DNA of 64,000 nt from an uncultured bacterium (GCA_963696395.1 CAVOJZ010000002.1:363989-427988), one strand, 5' to 3'; positions 51,401 through 60,353 are shown, numbered from the stretch's first letter. Numbers and translations: made by a program. The notes: generated by a model from the sequence alone, not told the origin.

Positions 51401-51981
51401 CCACACCGCGTGCACCACGGCACGACTTTATGCCCTTTATAGAGCAATTTTCGTTTTGAAATCTCGCTCAACGTCCACCATAGCGTCTCAATATATTCCG
51501 GTTCGTAGGTGATGTAGGCATTTTTTAGATCCAGCCAATACCCGATCCGGTTGGTAAGCTTTTCCCAATCATCTTTATAAAGCCACACCTGTTCTTTTGC
51601 CTTTTCGTTAAAAAGCTTGATGCCGAATTTTTCGATTTCTTTTTTCGATTTAAGTCCAAGCGCTTTTTCCGCGGCCATCTCCACCGGAAGGCCATGCGTG
51701 TCCCATCCCGCACGGCGCGGAACAAAATATCCCTGCATCGTTTTATAACGCAGGACCACATCCTTCACGACACGCGAAAGCACGTGATGAATGCCCGGCT
51801 TGCCGTTGGCGTACGGCGGACCTTCGTAGAAAATAAACTTCTTCCTTGCCGGCTTGGCCAGCGATTTTTCAAAAATATGTTCCGCATTCCAAAAATCCAA
51901 AACTTTTTCCTCGAGTTTTGGGAGGTTAAATTCGCCTTCTAAAAAATGATGTGCGGTTTTTTGTTTTGGCTTCCGTGGCAT
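48412..51981 (-). CDS. ileS: Isoleucine--tRNA ligase (type 2-like) with inserted histidine phosphatase domain
   Basis: EGPPYANG, GWDTHGLP, WTTTPWTLP, DGTGVVH, SRERYWG, DQTRGWFY, KMSKS; insertion containing MRHGES. Confidence 0.95.
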   Translation of the reverse strand: MPRKPKQKTAHHFLEGEFNLPKLEEKVLDFWNAEHIFEKSLAKPARKKFIFYEGPPYANGKPGIHHVLSRVVKDVVLRYKTMQGYFVPRRAGWDTHGLPVEMAAEKALGLKSKKEIEKFGIKLFNEKAKEQVWLYKDDWEKLTNRIGYWLDLKNAYITYEPEYIETLWWTLSEISKRKLLYKGHKVVPWCTRCGTSLSSHELAQGYKETVDNSVYVKFRLKPGQKIGDHTIEPSDKIYILSWTTTPWTLPGNVALAVGPKIPYYAVEKDGEYLIAAEDRLKDLGLDGGSAPRKITGSQLVGLEYEPLFAVPALKTSSSYKVYPADFVTTTDGTGVVHTAVMYGEDDYALGKRIGLPEKHTVDEEGKFKADVKGLAGLYVKSKDAEEKIFAHLKANGNLLRTETYTHEYPYCWRCGTAILYYARTSWFIGMSGLRKELMARNKTINWMPEHVKDGRFGEWIKEAKDWNLSRERYWGAPLPIWECASCGHTDVVSSLDSLDELAGGSKNNYWIMRHGESEANVFHIIDSGQRKNLKLTPRGKKQAAKAAEEFKKSLGKHRAKIDVLIDSDVARTMETAAIVGEILGVKPMLDSAIEEIHLGPKLTGYKDKKYGEMFPTYESRFAERPEGGESLVDLRTRTWEFIKKCEAKHEGKNILLVTHEYPTWMLTQAAEGWSKKRAVVEKEARGDDFIGFAEIRSLRVKVVPRNDTGEVDLHRPFADTIDFPCAHCKKGIMKRVREVADVWYDSGAMPYAQSHYPFSVAAEGKNVGAKTLSKLDYPAEYIAEGMDQTRGWFYTLLAIATALGYQAPYKNVVALGLINDKFGQKMSKSKGNIVEPFSMIDAQGVDALRWYFYTSVPLGEPKNFDDREVAKAFRRVHLIVYNSFIFWRTYADQKARAISTKNALDAWIFARLNEATLSVTEHVNQYEIREAALEIETLVDDLSRWYIRRSRRRLQKPDNAADYKAASAMLGHALLTLVKLMAPFTPFFSEILYAPLGGAFESVHLDAWPSADKKAVDKKMIAGMKAVRDLAAHGLGKRSEAGIKVRQPLAEFRVKDQTLKSLKPLLAILADEVNVKKVLVVPPAKARLMAEACELDTTITPALRQEGLLRDFVRMVQELRQKAGLSPKDRIAVLLQLQGDAKTAIENNEALFKAEVGAKAIEYKRSDKFIAEQATQIEGQEAWVAIRKV

Positions 51982-52023
51982 ACCTCATAAAATACCAGAA
52001 AAAACGGCTCTCGGAAAGCGGGG

Positions 52024-53745
52024 CTAGATTTTTTCCGGCGCTTCGATGCCAAGCAGTCCGAGCCCCGAACGAAGCGTCCGGGCGGCTACAGCAACTAGCA
52101 TCAGGCGGGCGTCGCGCCGCTTTACGTCTTCATCTTTCAATATAGGCGTCGTTTCATAGAACTTGTTTGCGGCGACGGCGAGCTTGTAGAGATAGGTTGC
52201 AAGCGTACTCGTGGCGTACAATCCGGCGGCCTTCTCCACGACTTCAGGAAATTCAAAAATCTTCCGAATGAGGCCGAGTTCGACATCGGATTCCAGAAGC
52301 GACGCGTCGGCTTTCGTGATTTTCGATTCGACGAGTTCTGATTTGCGGATAATACTGCGCAAGCGCGCGTACGCGTATTGCAGATATGGTCCGCTGTCGC
52401 CGCTCCAATCGAGCATTTTCTCCCAGTCGAAAACAATGTCGGTCATGCGATTCTCCTTGAGGTCGTTGTAACGCAAGGCACCGATCCCGACGGCGCGCGC
52501 GACGCCATCTTTTTCTTTGGCGGAAAGATCTTTGTTTTTTTCTTCAACGGTTTTCCGCGCAAGCGTGACGGCTTTTTCAATAACCTGCTTCATGGAAACA
52601 CTTCTCCCTTCGCGGGTCGAAAGCTTTTTGCCGCTATCGCCAAGGACGAGACCGTATTTCAAATGCACGAGTTCGGCAGCGTTCCACTTGAGTCGCGCCG
52701 CGATCGCAAAAAGCTGCTCGAAATGCAAAGCCTGCTCGTTTGCGACGACATAAAGAATTTTGGCGGGTTTATATTTTTTCAGGCGGTATTCGAGGTTCGC
52801 TATATCGCGGGTAAGATAGAGGCTTGCGCCGTCTGATTTCTCGATAAGCGCCGGCGGAAGGTTTTCTTCGTCGAGCTTCACGACGAGCGCTCCTTCGCTT
52901 CTTTCCGCGATCTGCTTATCAACCAATTCCTGCGTGGCCGGCTTCAGTGCGTCTTCAAAAAAACTTTCGCCGACCCATACATCAAAATCAACACCAAGTA
53001 TCTTATACATCGCCTTGAATTCAGTGAGGGATTCTTTCTTAAACCATTCCCATAATTTTCTGTTTTCCCGGTCGCCGGTTTCGAGCTTCTTAAATTCCTC
53101 CTGGCCGCGCTTTTCGAGTTCAGGATCCGTTTTTGCCTCTTCGTGAAACCGCACGTACAATCTCTGCAGCTCTTCGACCGGCTGCTTCTCGACGTCTTCT
53201 TTTTTGCCCCACAATTTATATGCAGCAATCAACTTTCCAAACTGTGTTCCCCAATCGCCAAGATAATTCCAACGCACCACTTTATATCCGGAAAATTCGA
53301 GTAGGCGCGCAAGAGCGTCGCCGATGATCGTTGTACGAAAATGGCCGAGATTCATCGTCTTTGCGATGTTTACCGATGAATATTCCACGATAACTTTCTT
53401 CCCGGCGCCATGCTTATTTGCACCGAAATGCTTATCGCGCGCAACGCGGGCAAATTCAGCTTGCAGCGTTTTCTCGCTTAACCAAAAATTAATGAATCCC
53501 GGCGGTTCGGCTTGGACTTTTTCAAAAAATCCCGCGGGAGCCGCAGCGGTTATTTTCCCGGCGAGCCCATGCGCCAATTCAACAGGCTTCTTTCCTTGTG
53601 TCTTCGCGAGCCGCATCGCCAGATTCGTAGAATAGTGCCCGAATTGGCTGTCTTCCGGAACCGAAAGCGATGTCGCAATTATTTCGGGGCTAGGAATGTC
53701 GTGCCTGAGTGTTTTCTCTAAAATTTCGATTATGGCGGCTTTCAT
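52024..53745 (-). CDS. argS: Arginine--tRNA ligase
   Basis: VEYSSVNIAK.MNLGH, GDWGTQFG, KSDG..LY, LSTREG, YLQYAYAR. Confidence 0.96.
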   Translation of the reverse strand: MKAAIIEILEKTLRHDIPSPEIIATSLSVPEDSQFGHYSTNLAMRLAKTQGKKPVELAHGLAGKITAAAPAGFFEKVQAEPPGFINFWLSEKTLQAEFARVARDKHFGANKHGAGKKVIVEYSSVNIAKTMNLGHFRTTIIGDALARLLEFSGYKVVRWNYLGDWGTQFGKLIAAYKLWGKKEDVEKQPVEELQRLYVRFHEEAKTDPELEKRGQEEFKKLETGDRENRKLWEWFKKESLTEFKAMYKILGVDFDVWVGESFFEDALKPATQELVDKQIAERSEGALVVKLDEENLPPALIEKSDGASLYLTRDIANLEYRLKKYKPAKILYVVANEQALHFEQLFAIAARLKWNAAELVHLKYGLVLGDSGKKLSTREGRSVSMKQVIEKAVTLARKTVEEKNKDLSAKEKDGVARAVGIGALRYNDLKENRMTDIVFDWEKMLDWSGDSGPYLQYAYARLRSIIRKSELVESKITKADASLLESDVELGLIRKIFEFPEVVEKAAGLYATSTLATYLYKLAVAANKFYETTPILKDEDVKRRDARLMLVAVAARTLRSGLGLLGIEAPEKI

Positions 53746-53974
53746 AGGTGATATTTGACGTGCCCTCGGCAACAAGGATAATGATGGTGGGCGGCGGCTG
53801 ATGCTTTCTCTTCCCACTAGAGACAAGCATGGCAAGTGTTCCTTTCCGGGTCGCTGCCCATTATTTCTTACCGCTCTTTGTCCATTGCCCGGCTTACCTT
53901 AGTAAAAATACATCGAAACGAGTTCTATAACAAACCGTGGCGCACAAAGCCCGGTTTTTAGTTACAATAATCAT

Positions 53975-54412
53975 ATGGAGCCAATCGCGGAAAATCGGCG
54001 GGCACGCTTCGATTATGAAATCTCGGACACCTTCGAGGCGGGCATTGAGTTGCGCGGACACGAAGTGAAAAGTGTGAAAGCGGGACATTTCCAAATCGCA
54101 GGAGCCAGAGTTTTGATCCGCGGCGGCGAAGCGTGGCTTGTGAATTCACACATTCCACCGTATCAACCAAAAAATATGCCCGCAGGATATGAAGAAGATC
54201 GCACACGCCGCCTCCTGCTGACGAAGGATGAGATAAATACTCTCACCGGATCATTGCAGGAGAAAGGAAATCTTTTGATACCGTTGCAGGCATATCTCAA
54301 GCATCATTTCATTAAACTGCAGCTCGGGCTCGGCCGGACGCGCAAGAAATCCGACAAACGCGAAGTCCTGAAAAAGCGCTCGCACGACCGCGAAATGCGG
54401 TCCGAAGCATAG
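53975..54412 (+). CDS. smpB: SsrA-binding protein
   Basis: ENRRARFDY, EAGIELRGHEVKS, RRLLL, DKRE. Confidence 0.96.
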   Translation: MEPIAENRRARFDYEISDTFEAGIELRGHEVKSVKAGHFQIAGARVLIRGGEAWLVNSHIPPYQPKNMPAGYEEDRTRRLLLTKDEINTLTGSLQEKGNLLIPLQAYLKHHFIKLQLGLGRTRKKSDKREVLKKRSHDREMRSEA

Positions 54413-54496
54413 ATTTTACGGCTTTCCCCATAGCACTCGACAAAATAAGAAATTTGTTGTAAAATGTACGACGTGGGACTTTGGAGGCCCACGAAC

Positions 54497-54988
54497 GTGA
54501 ACAAATTGGCTGTATCGATTGCTGTCTACGGTGTAGTTATTCTGCTAGCAATGAGTTCGAGCTCACTGCCAGCGGTCGCGCAAAACACTTCAACGTTCCA
54601 GCCGATCAAGCGCTTCTCGGTTGAAGCCCTTGTGATGTCACCGAAGAACGTCGAACGGGTTGACCATGTTGACCCGATCGATCGTGCCTTTAAGGCATCG
54701 CAGTGGTATCTCCGCGGGGCGACTGTGGTCGATATGTCGACCACAGTTATTGGCATGGAATATGCTCATGGTGTTGAAACCGGTTGGGGAAGATGCTTCG
54801 GGCCTCACAACACTTCCGCGGTTGTAGCGTGGAATGTTGGGTTGAATCTCGGGACTGAATTCCTAAGCCGGAAAATATACCAGAGGGGAGGTAAATGGAA
54901 ATACGTCGCCACCGGATTGAACGTGCTGAAGGGCACGGGCAACCTGGCAGCCGGTTTCCATAACGCGAGCTACATCGAAAGACACTAG
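54497..54988 (+). CDS. Hypothetical secreted/membrane protein
   Basis: GGAGG SD before GTG; signal-peptide-like N-terminus; own terminator. Confidence 0.6.
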   Translation: MNKLAVSIAVYGVVILLAMSSSSLPAVAQNTSTFQPIKRFSVEALVMSPKNVERVDHVDPIDRAFKASQWYLRGATVVDMSTTVIGMEYAHGVETGWGRCFGPHNTSAVVAWNVGLNLGTEFLSRKIYQRGGKWKYVATGLNVLKGTGNLAAGFHNASYIERH

Positions 54989-55004
54989 CATTGCCGAAGG
55001 CTCG

Positions 55005-55036
55005 GGCTAGCGGCCAACCTTTGGCGGCCGCTAGCC
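55005..55036 (+). terminator. Intrinsic terminator
   Basis: GGCTAGCGGCC/GGCCGCTAGCC followed by ATTTTT. Confidence 0.7.
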
Positions 55037-55104
55037 ATTTTTACCCCATTTTCTGGGCATCCTAGAGGGTATTGACTTTATTGATAGCTCCTGTAAGATA
55101 AAGG

Positions 55105-55240
55105 AAGGACATTTAGTAGTACAGGGTGGCCAGGTGAGTGAATTCAAAGTCCAATCTCCAATTGGAATTGAAATTTGCCACCAAGTGCGCCCCATCGTAG
55201 TCCCAGCCTGACGCTCGAACGTCAGGCTGTTCTTTTTTTT
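55105..55240 (+). ncRNA. Candidate small RNA (or 25-aa mini-gene) with its own promoter and terminator
   Basis: TTGACT-16-TAAGAT at 55072-55099; rod-like pairing; CAGCCTGACG/CGTCAGGCTG plus U-tract. Confidence 0.45.
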
Positions 55241-55257
55241 AATGTTAAAATTTTCAC

Positions 55258-56118
55258 ATGGTCTCTCTCTCGCAAGCAATCATCCTCGGACTCGTCCAGG
55301 GCATCACGGAACTTTTTCCGATCTCGAGTCTTGGCCATAGCGTCCTCGTGCCGGGACTCCTCGGTTGGAACATCAACCAAAATGCCGATGCGTTCCTAAC
55401 ATTCCTTGTCGCAACCCATTTCGCGACCGCTCTTGTTCTTCTTTTTATATATCGCAAAGATTGGTGGCGGATTATCAAAGGAATCTTCCGATCCTTGGCC
55501 GCGCGAGAAGTGAGCGATAAAGATCCGGATGCAAAATTGGGATGGCTCCTTGTTGTGAGCACCATCCCTGCCGGAATCATCGGCCTTCTTCTTAAAGACC
55601 AGATCACCGGCTTCTTCCTCTCGCCTCGCTCAGCGGCGCTTTTTCTCGTTCTGAATGGTGTGCTTCTGTGGGCTGCTGAAATTCTCCGCAAAAAAGCCAA
55701 AGAGTCCCCAGCACAAACAGCGGATACGGATCGACGCATTGCCGCCGAACTCACCTGGTGGCAGTCGGTGAAAGTGGGACTTCTCCAGGTGCTCGCCCTC
55801 ATTCCGGGATTCTCGCGGACCGGTTCAACGCTCGCGGGTAGCCTGCTCGCCGGCCTTTCGCACGAAGACGCTCTCCGCTATTCATTCCTTCTCGCCACGC
55901 CAATCATCGGAGCGGCGGCGGTGCTCGAACTTCCGCCCCTCATCGCAACCGCGGACGCTCAAACGCTGCTCATAACCCTCGCCGGCGCCCTTGCGGCAGC
56001 CGCGGCGGCATATGCATCCGTGAAGTTTCTGGTTCGTTATTTTAAGACGAAAACACTCGCGCCGTTTGCGGTTTATTGCGCCGCCGTCGGCATTATCGGG
56101 CTATTACTGATCAAATAA
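55258..56118 (+). CDS. uppP: Undecaprenyl-diphosphate phosphatase
   Basis: QGITELFPISSLGH, LIPGFSRTG, SFLLATP. Confidence 0.95.
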   Translation: MVSLSQAIILGLVQGITELFPISSLGHSVLVPGLLGWNINQNADAFLTFLVATHFATALVLLFIYRKDWWRIIKGIFRSLAAREVSDKDPDAKLGWLLVVSTIPAGIIGLLLKDQITGFFLSPRSAALFLVLNGVLLWAAEILRKKAKESPAQTADTDRRIAAELTWWQSVKVGLLQVLALIPGFSRTGSTLAGSLLAGLSHEDALRYSFLLATPIIGAAAVLELPPLIATADAQTLLITLAGALAAAAAAYASVKFLVRYFKTKTLAPFAVYCAAVGIIGLLLIK

Positions 56119-56121
56119 AAG

Positions 56122-56343
56122 CTAGGCTTTCTTCTTTCCGCTCTCAAACCAGGCAAAGATAAACAGCGCAATCGCAACCACGAAGGCTGCTATGCCGTGC
56201 TTCGTATGGACGCCGGCAAGCGTCGGGTCAAAACCGGGGAAAAATGACGGAAGGGCATTTGCGGGAGTCGTCCAATATACGAACGCGACGTAAAGACACA
56301 CGAGCCCGATCACTATCGCAACAATCATTAACGCTTTTTTCAT
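56122..56343 (-). CDS. Small 2-TM membrane protein
   Basis: MKKALM.., LPSFFPGFD, HTKHGI; TATACT 6 nt before ATG. Confidence 0.75.
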   Translation of the reverse strand: MKKALMIVAIVIGLVCLYVAFVYWTTPANALPSFFPGFDPTLAGVHTKHGIAAFVVAIALFIFAWFESGKKKA

Positions 56344-56359
56344 GGTTTCAGTATACCAT

Positions 56360-56908
56360 ATGGATATGGGGATCTGGGCACTCATCTCTGCGACATTTTT
56401 TATACAAGAGTTTGCGACAACGGCACTCGTGCTTGTTCTCGCCGAACACAGCAACATTCCCCTGTGGCCCATCCATATCATCTGGGCGGTGGCAACGATA
56501 GCCGACATGTACGTCGGCTATCTTCTTGGTTCGCTTCTCAAAAAACGGCTCAGTAAAAATAAATTTGTGGAAAAAATGGATGCGTGGGCGGAAGAATTCA
56601 CACAAGCGCTCGGCGGATATGGAGCCAATATCGCGCTTATGTTTCTCGGCATCATTAATTTCCCCTACCTCAATACATTCATCGCCGCATGGCTTGATGT
56701 CCCCTTAAACCTGGCGATTCTTTTCACGCTTATCGGAAATTTTATCTGGTACCTTTTGCTCTGGGGCACCGTGCTTGGTTTGACTTCATTTATTCATAAT
56801 CCAAGCATCATATTATTGATTATCATTGCCCTCGGCGCACTCGGGCATTTCGGATTGAAAGCAATCGAGCGGGCACGGGAAAGGAGTAAGACGACCAACG
56901 CCTCGTAA
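56360..56908 (+). CDS. Hypothetical multi-TM membrane protein (distant DedA-like); start may be 56366
   Basis: Hydrophobic helices; ATIADMYVGYLLG, GNFIWY. Confidence 0.7.
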   Translation: MDMGIWALISATFFIQEFATTALVLVLAEHSNIPLWPIHIIWAVATIADMYVGYLLGSLLKKRLSKNKFVEKMDAWAEEFTQALGGYGANIALMFLGIINFPYLNTFIAAWLDVPLNLAILFTLIGNFIWYLLLWGTVLGLTSFIHNPSIILLIIIALGALGHFGLKAIERARERSKTTNAS

Positions 56909-56975
56909 CGGGCATCTTTCGGCAAACGTATTGTTTCTAGTCTAAAGGTCGCCCAAACCAACACAATTTTGGCAT

Positions 56976-57137
56976 ATGTGGCAACACTGGATTAACTTCA
57001 TACTTGGCCTTTTGGTTATCATTTTCGCCTATACCGGCGCTGGAACCACGACGTTTGTAATTCTTGGCGTGCTTGTCGTTCTCTTTGCGTTGTGGGGAGG
57101 ATTTTCCCGATCGCCGTCCACCATGACGCGAACCTGA
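56976..57137 (+). CDS. Small 2-TM membrane protein, 53 aa (SPW-repeat-like)
   Basis: Not in the ORF track; MWQHWINFILGLLVIIFAYTGAGTTTFVILGVLVVLFALWGGFSRSPSTMTRT. Confidence 0.7.
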   Translation: MWQHWINFILGLLVIIFAYTGAGTTTFVILGVLVVLFALWGGFSRSPSTMTRT

Positions 57138-57162
57138 TTCGCTGATGTTCGCTAATGCGACG

Positions 57163-57870
57163 TTAGTGCGAGACGGGTGTACCCGATGCGGCGGCAACAG
57201 CCTGGTCCAATACCGTGGCGAAGTCCGAATAGCTTGCAGGGTTCTGGATCTGGGTCAGATTAACGAAGTAGGTCGGCGTATGGTCAATCTGCGCCGAGTT
57301 GCCGCCGGCCACATCGGCCTGAATTTTATTGAGCACGGCATTCGAGCTGATGTCCTGGTTGAATTTATTTACATCGAGCCCAAGCGATTGAGCGTAGCCG
57401 TCGAAAAATTTTGAAACGACTTGATCGGGGCTTGTTGAAGACCAGTCATTTTGTTTTTCATAGAGAAGATTATTCATCTGCCAATATTTTCCCTGAAGGC
57501 CGGCTGCTTCAGCTGCCTGGGCGGAAATGCCCGCATCTGGATGCACCTGATACAACGGATAGTTTCTGAAGACGAATAAAACGGTTGAGCTGTAATTCGA
57601 TATTATCTGCTGGACGATCGGGAAGTAGGCGCCGCAGGCCGGACATTCGAAATCTCCGTATTCCACGAGCGACACCTTGGCTTTTGGATTGCCTTCCTGC
57701 CAATCGGCGCCGGTTATTGCCGGAACGGTCGTCGCGGTGAACGTTCCGGACGACGAAGTCGAGGACGAACCCGATGAATAGATGCCCGCGATGACGAGCC
57801 CTCCGATGATGAGAACGACGAAGCCGACGATGAACCAGATTGTTGTTTTATTGGTTTCTGTATTGGCCAT
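57163..57870 (-). CDS. DsbA family thiol-disulfide oxidoreductase
   Basis: EYGDFECPAC, FRNYPL..HP, QGKYWQM, TPTY. Confidence 0.92.
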   Translation of the reverse strand: MANTETNKTTIWFIVGFVVLIIGGLVIAGIYSSGSSSTSSSGTFTATTVPAITGADWQEGNPKAKVSLVEYGDFECPACGAYFPIVQQIISNYSSTVLFVFRNYPLYQVHPDAGISAQAAEAAGLQGKYWQMNNLLYEKQNDWSSTSPDQVVSKFFDGYAQSLGLDVNKFNQDISSNAVLNKIQADVAGGNSAQIDHTPTYFVNLTQIQNPASYSDFATVLDQAVAAASGTPVSH

Positions 57871-57941
57871 TGCCTTATTATAAGGCACCCACGAAACAAA
57901 GCAAAATTTTTTCCGTATAGTATAAAACGCAACGAACATCC

Positions 57942-59192
57942 ATGCAGGAACAACAAAAAACTATATTCATTTTGGGGGGTGATGGCTATCTTGGCTGGAG
58001 CCTCGGCCTTGGTTTTGCAAACCGCACCGACCTTCGCGTCGTCCTCGTGGACAATCTCATCAAGCGGACATGGGAGAAAAATGTCGGCGCCAAACTGCTT
58101 GTCCCGCTCGCGAAGCCCTCAAAACGCATCGCCGAATACAAAAATATTTTCGGCAAAACGAACCTCACTTTTGAGAAACTTGATCTGCTCAACGCAGACG
58201 CCATCGTTTCGCTTATAAAAAAATATCGCCCGTTCGCAATCATAAATGCAGCTCAACAGCCATCTGCACCTTTTTCGATGATGAACGCAAAGGGAGCCGC
58301 AGCAACTTTCACCAATAATATTGTCGGGCACGTAAACACCATCTGGGCAATTACGGAAATCGATCGGGACATTCTTTACCTTAAACTCGGATCCGCGGGC
58401 TGCTATTCAAGTATCGACACCGAATACGTGCCGCTCTCTAAAAAAGACTTTGAATTCAATCACAACGGGGCGATCAAAAAAATCGCGAACAGCTGGCTGC
58501 CGATGCATGCCCATGATTTTTACCATCAATCAAAAATTGCGGACTTCCTCATTGACGATCTCGCAAGCGACGTTTGGAAGCTGAAGATTGTCACCGTACA
58601 ACAGGCAACCATCTATGGCGCAACAATCGCCGAAAACGAACCAGTGGAACACGAAAGCCTCGTAACCCGGTTCAATTATGATGAAACCTTCGGCACCGTC
58701 ATCAACCGGTTCGTATGCCAGATCGCAATCGACCATCCGCTCACCGTTTACGGGGACGGCGAACAGCGCACCGGAGTCATCAGCCTGTCCGATACCATCG
58801 ATAATTTTATGAAGTTTTCGACTATGGATGTCGCACGGGGGGAACATGCCGTCGTCCATAACGTCACGGATCGCCTCACCATAAAGGAAATTGTGGAGAT
58901 GCTACAAAAGGCAAGCGGATTTTCAAGGATCTCGTTTATAGATAACCCGCGCAAAGAAATGAATGGCGCCCTCAAACGTGAAGTTGAGCGGCATGTCCTC
59001 CTTGGCGCTCCTCACGTTGCCGAACGGGAACTTGCCTCACTCCTCGCTTTTGCAGAGCGCTACAAAGAAAATATCGACCCGTCGCTTATCATGCCAAAGG
59101 TCAAGTGGGAGCGCGCAGCGGTTTTGCCCACAAAGCCTCCGGCCAAGGCCGGAAAGCCGTCGACAATATTTGAAGAAGCCGTATCGCTCTAA
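57942..59192 (+). CDS. UDP-sulfoquinovose synthase-like SDR (SqdB/Agl3-like)
   Basis: GGDGYLGW, QPSAPFSM, FYHQSK, RFNYDETFGTVINRF, PLTVYG.G.Q, NPRKE. Confidence 0.8.
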   Translation: MQEQQKTIFILGGDGYLGWSLGLGFANRTDLRVVLVDNLIKRTWEKNVGAKLLVPLAKPSKRIAEYKNIFGKTNLTFEKLDLLNADAIVSLIKKYRPFAIINAAQQPSAPFSMMNAKGAAATFTNNIVGHVNTIWAITEIDRDILYLKLGSAGCYSSIDTEYVPLSKKDFEFNHNGAIKKIANSWLPMHAHDFYHQSKIADFLIDDLASDVWKLKIVTVQQATIYGATIAENEPVEHESLVTRFNYDETFGTVINRFVCQIAIDHPLTVYGDGEQRTGVISLSDTIDNFMKFSTMDVARGEHAVVHNVTDRLTIKEIVEMLQKASGFSRISFIDNPRKEMNGALKREVERHVLLGAPHVAERELASLLAFAERYKENIDPSLIMPKVKWERAAVLPTKPPAKAGKPSTIFEEAVSL

Positions 59193-59204
59193 TCCCCATC
59201 ATCC

Positions 59205-60353
59205 ATGCCTGCGCCAAGAAAAAAATCAATCCCTTTTTATTATGCGACGGTGGCTCCCCTTTCGGATGCCGCCTACGCAGCAGGACACGAATATCTTGAA
59301 ATGTACCGTGAAATTGGTTCACCGGAAATTCTTTTTGAGTACGAACACCGCCGGCGGACAGTGGAAAATGTCGCCGCGGAAGGCGCGAAGCTTCTGAACT
59401 GCGGCGTCGACGAAATAACGTTCATCCCAAACACCACCTACGGCATCAATGTCGCGAGCCATGCATTGCCGTTGAAGGAAGGTGATGAAATTATTGTCCA
59501 AACATCCGAATATAAGAGCAATTATTGGCCGTGGATCAAGAAGAAGGAGTGCGACGGTTGTGTCGTCCGTGAAATTGAAGCCCGCGATAACGCGGAAGGG
59601 TTCGAAAACCTTCTCGCCGCAATCAATCCTCGAACAAAAATAGTTGCCGTTTCGTGGATACAATATTATGACGGGTATATCACGGATCTCGAGCGGCTCT
59701 CGCGCGCATGCCGCGAGAACGGGGCGCTTCTTGTCGTTGACGCGGTACAGGGAATCGGCGTGCGAAAGCTTGACCTCAAAAAAATCCACATCGATATTCT
59801 TGCGGCCGGGGGTCAAAAATATTTATGCGCGGGCAGTGGCGGCGGCCTTCTTTATATCAACCGCACCATCCTGCCGATGCTCTGCGATACTTTCGTCGGC
59901 ATTCGAAGCATCTGTCCGTCATCGTCCGCCAATGAATATAAGCTCAAAGCGAGTGCGGAGCGATTCCAGACAGGAACCATCGACATGCAAGCGGCAGTCC
60001 AGCTTCATGCCGCCCTTAAAGAAACGAACAGGGTGGGCATAAAAGCGATCGAATCAAAAAATATCACACTCCTTACAGCGTTCAAAAAACTATTGCACGA
60101 CAACCACATTCCTTTCATCGATCATGGCAAAAAACAAGGCAACATCATCTCCCTCACATTGCCCGATCCAAAAAACCTTGTGGAATTTCTCGCCAAAGAC
60201 CGCATTTATATCAAATGCGTCAACGACGTCGCACGCATCTCGTTTAATTACACTACAAGCGTCAGCGACTTCGAGGAACTCGTCGCAAAAATCCGGGAAT
60301 ACAACATCACCCTACCGCACGCTCTCGTAGCCCCCGCGCACGCCACGCTTTGA
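59205..60353 (+). CDS. Class V PLP-dependent aminotransferase / cysteine desulfurase-like
   Basis: NTTYGIN, VDAVQ, GGQKYL (PLP Lys), RFQTGT, RIS. Confidence 0.88.
   Translation: MPAPRKKSIPFYYATVAPLSDAAYAAGHEYLEMYREIGSPEILFEYEHRRRTVENVAAEGAKLLNCGVDEITFIPNTTYGINVASHALPLKEGDEIIVQTSEYKSNYWPWIKKKECDGCVVREIEARDNAEGFENLLAAINPRTKIVAVSWIQYYDGYITDLERLSRACRENGALLVVDAVQGIGVRKLDLKKIHIDILAAGGQKYLCAGSGGGLLYINRTILPMLCDTFVGIRSICPSSSANEYKLKASAERFQTGTIDMQAAVQLHAALKETNRVGIKAIESKNITLLTAFKKLLHDNHIPFIDHGKKQGNIISLTLPDPKNLVEFLAKDRIYIKCVNDVARISFNYTTSVSDFEELVAKIREYNITLPHALVAPAHATL

Noticed and set aside
53750-55250. tmRNA (ssrA) next to smpB
   Set aside because: No tRNA-Ala-like ends or tag reading frame recognisable, and the spacers are too short.
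56937-57197. 86-aa minus-strand ORF in the track
   Set aside because: Better explained as the shadow of the 53-aa two-TM ORF on the + strand (56976..57137).
60312-60353. 42-nt convergent overlap of cfa and the aminotransferase
   Set aside because: Short tail overlaps are common in compact genomes and no further signal is evident.
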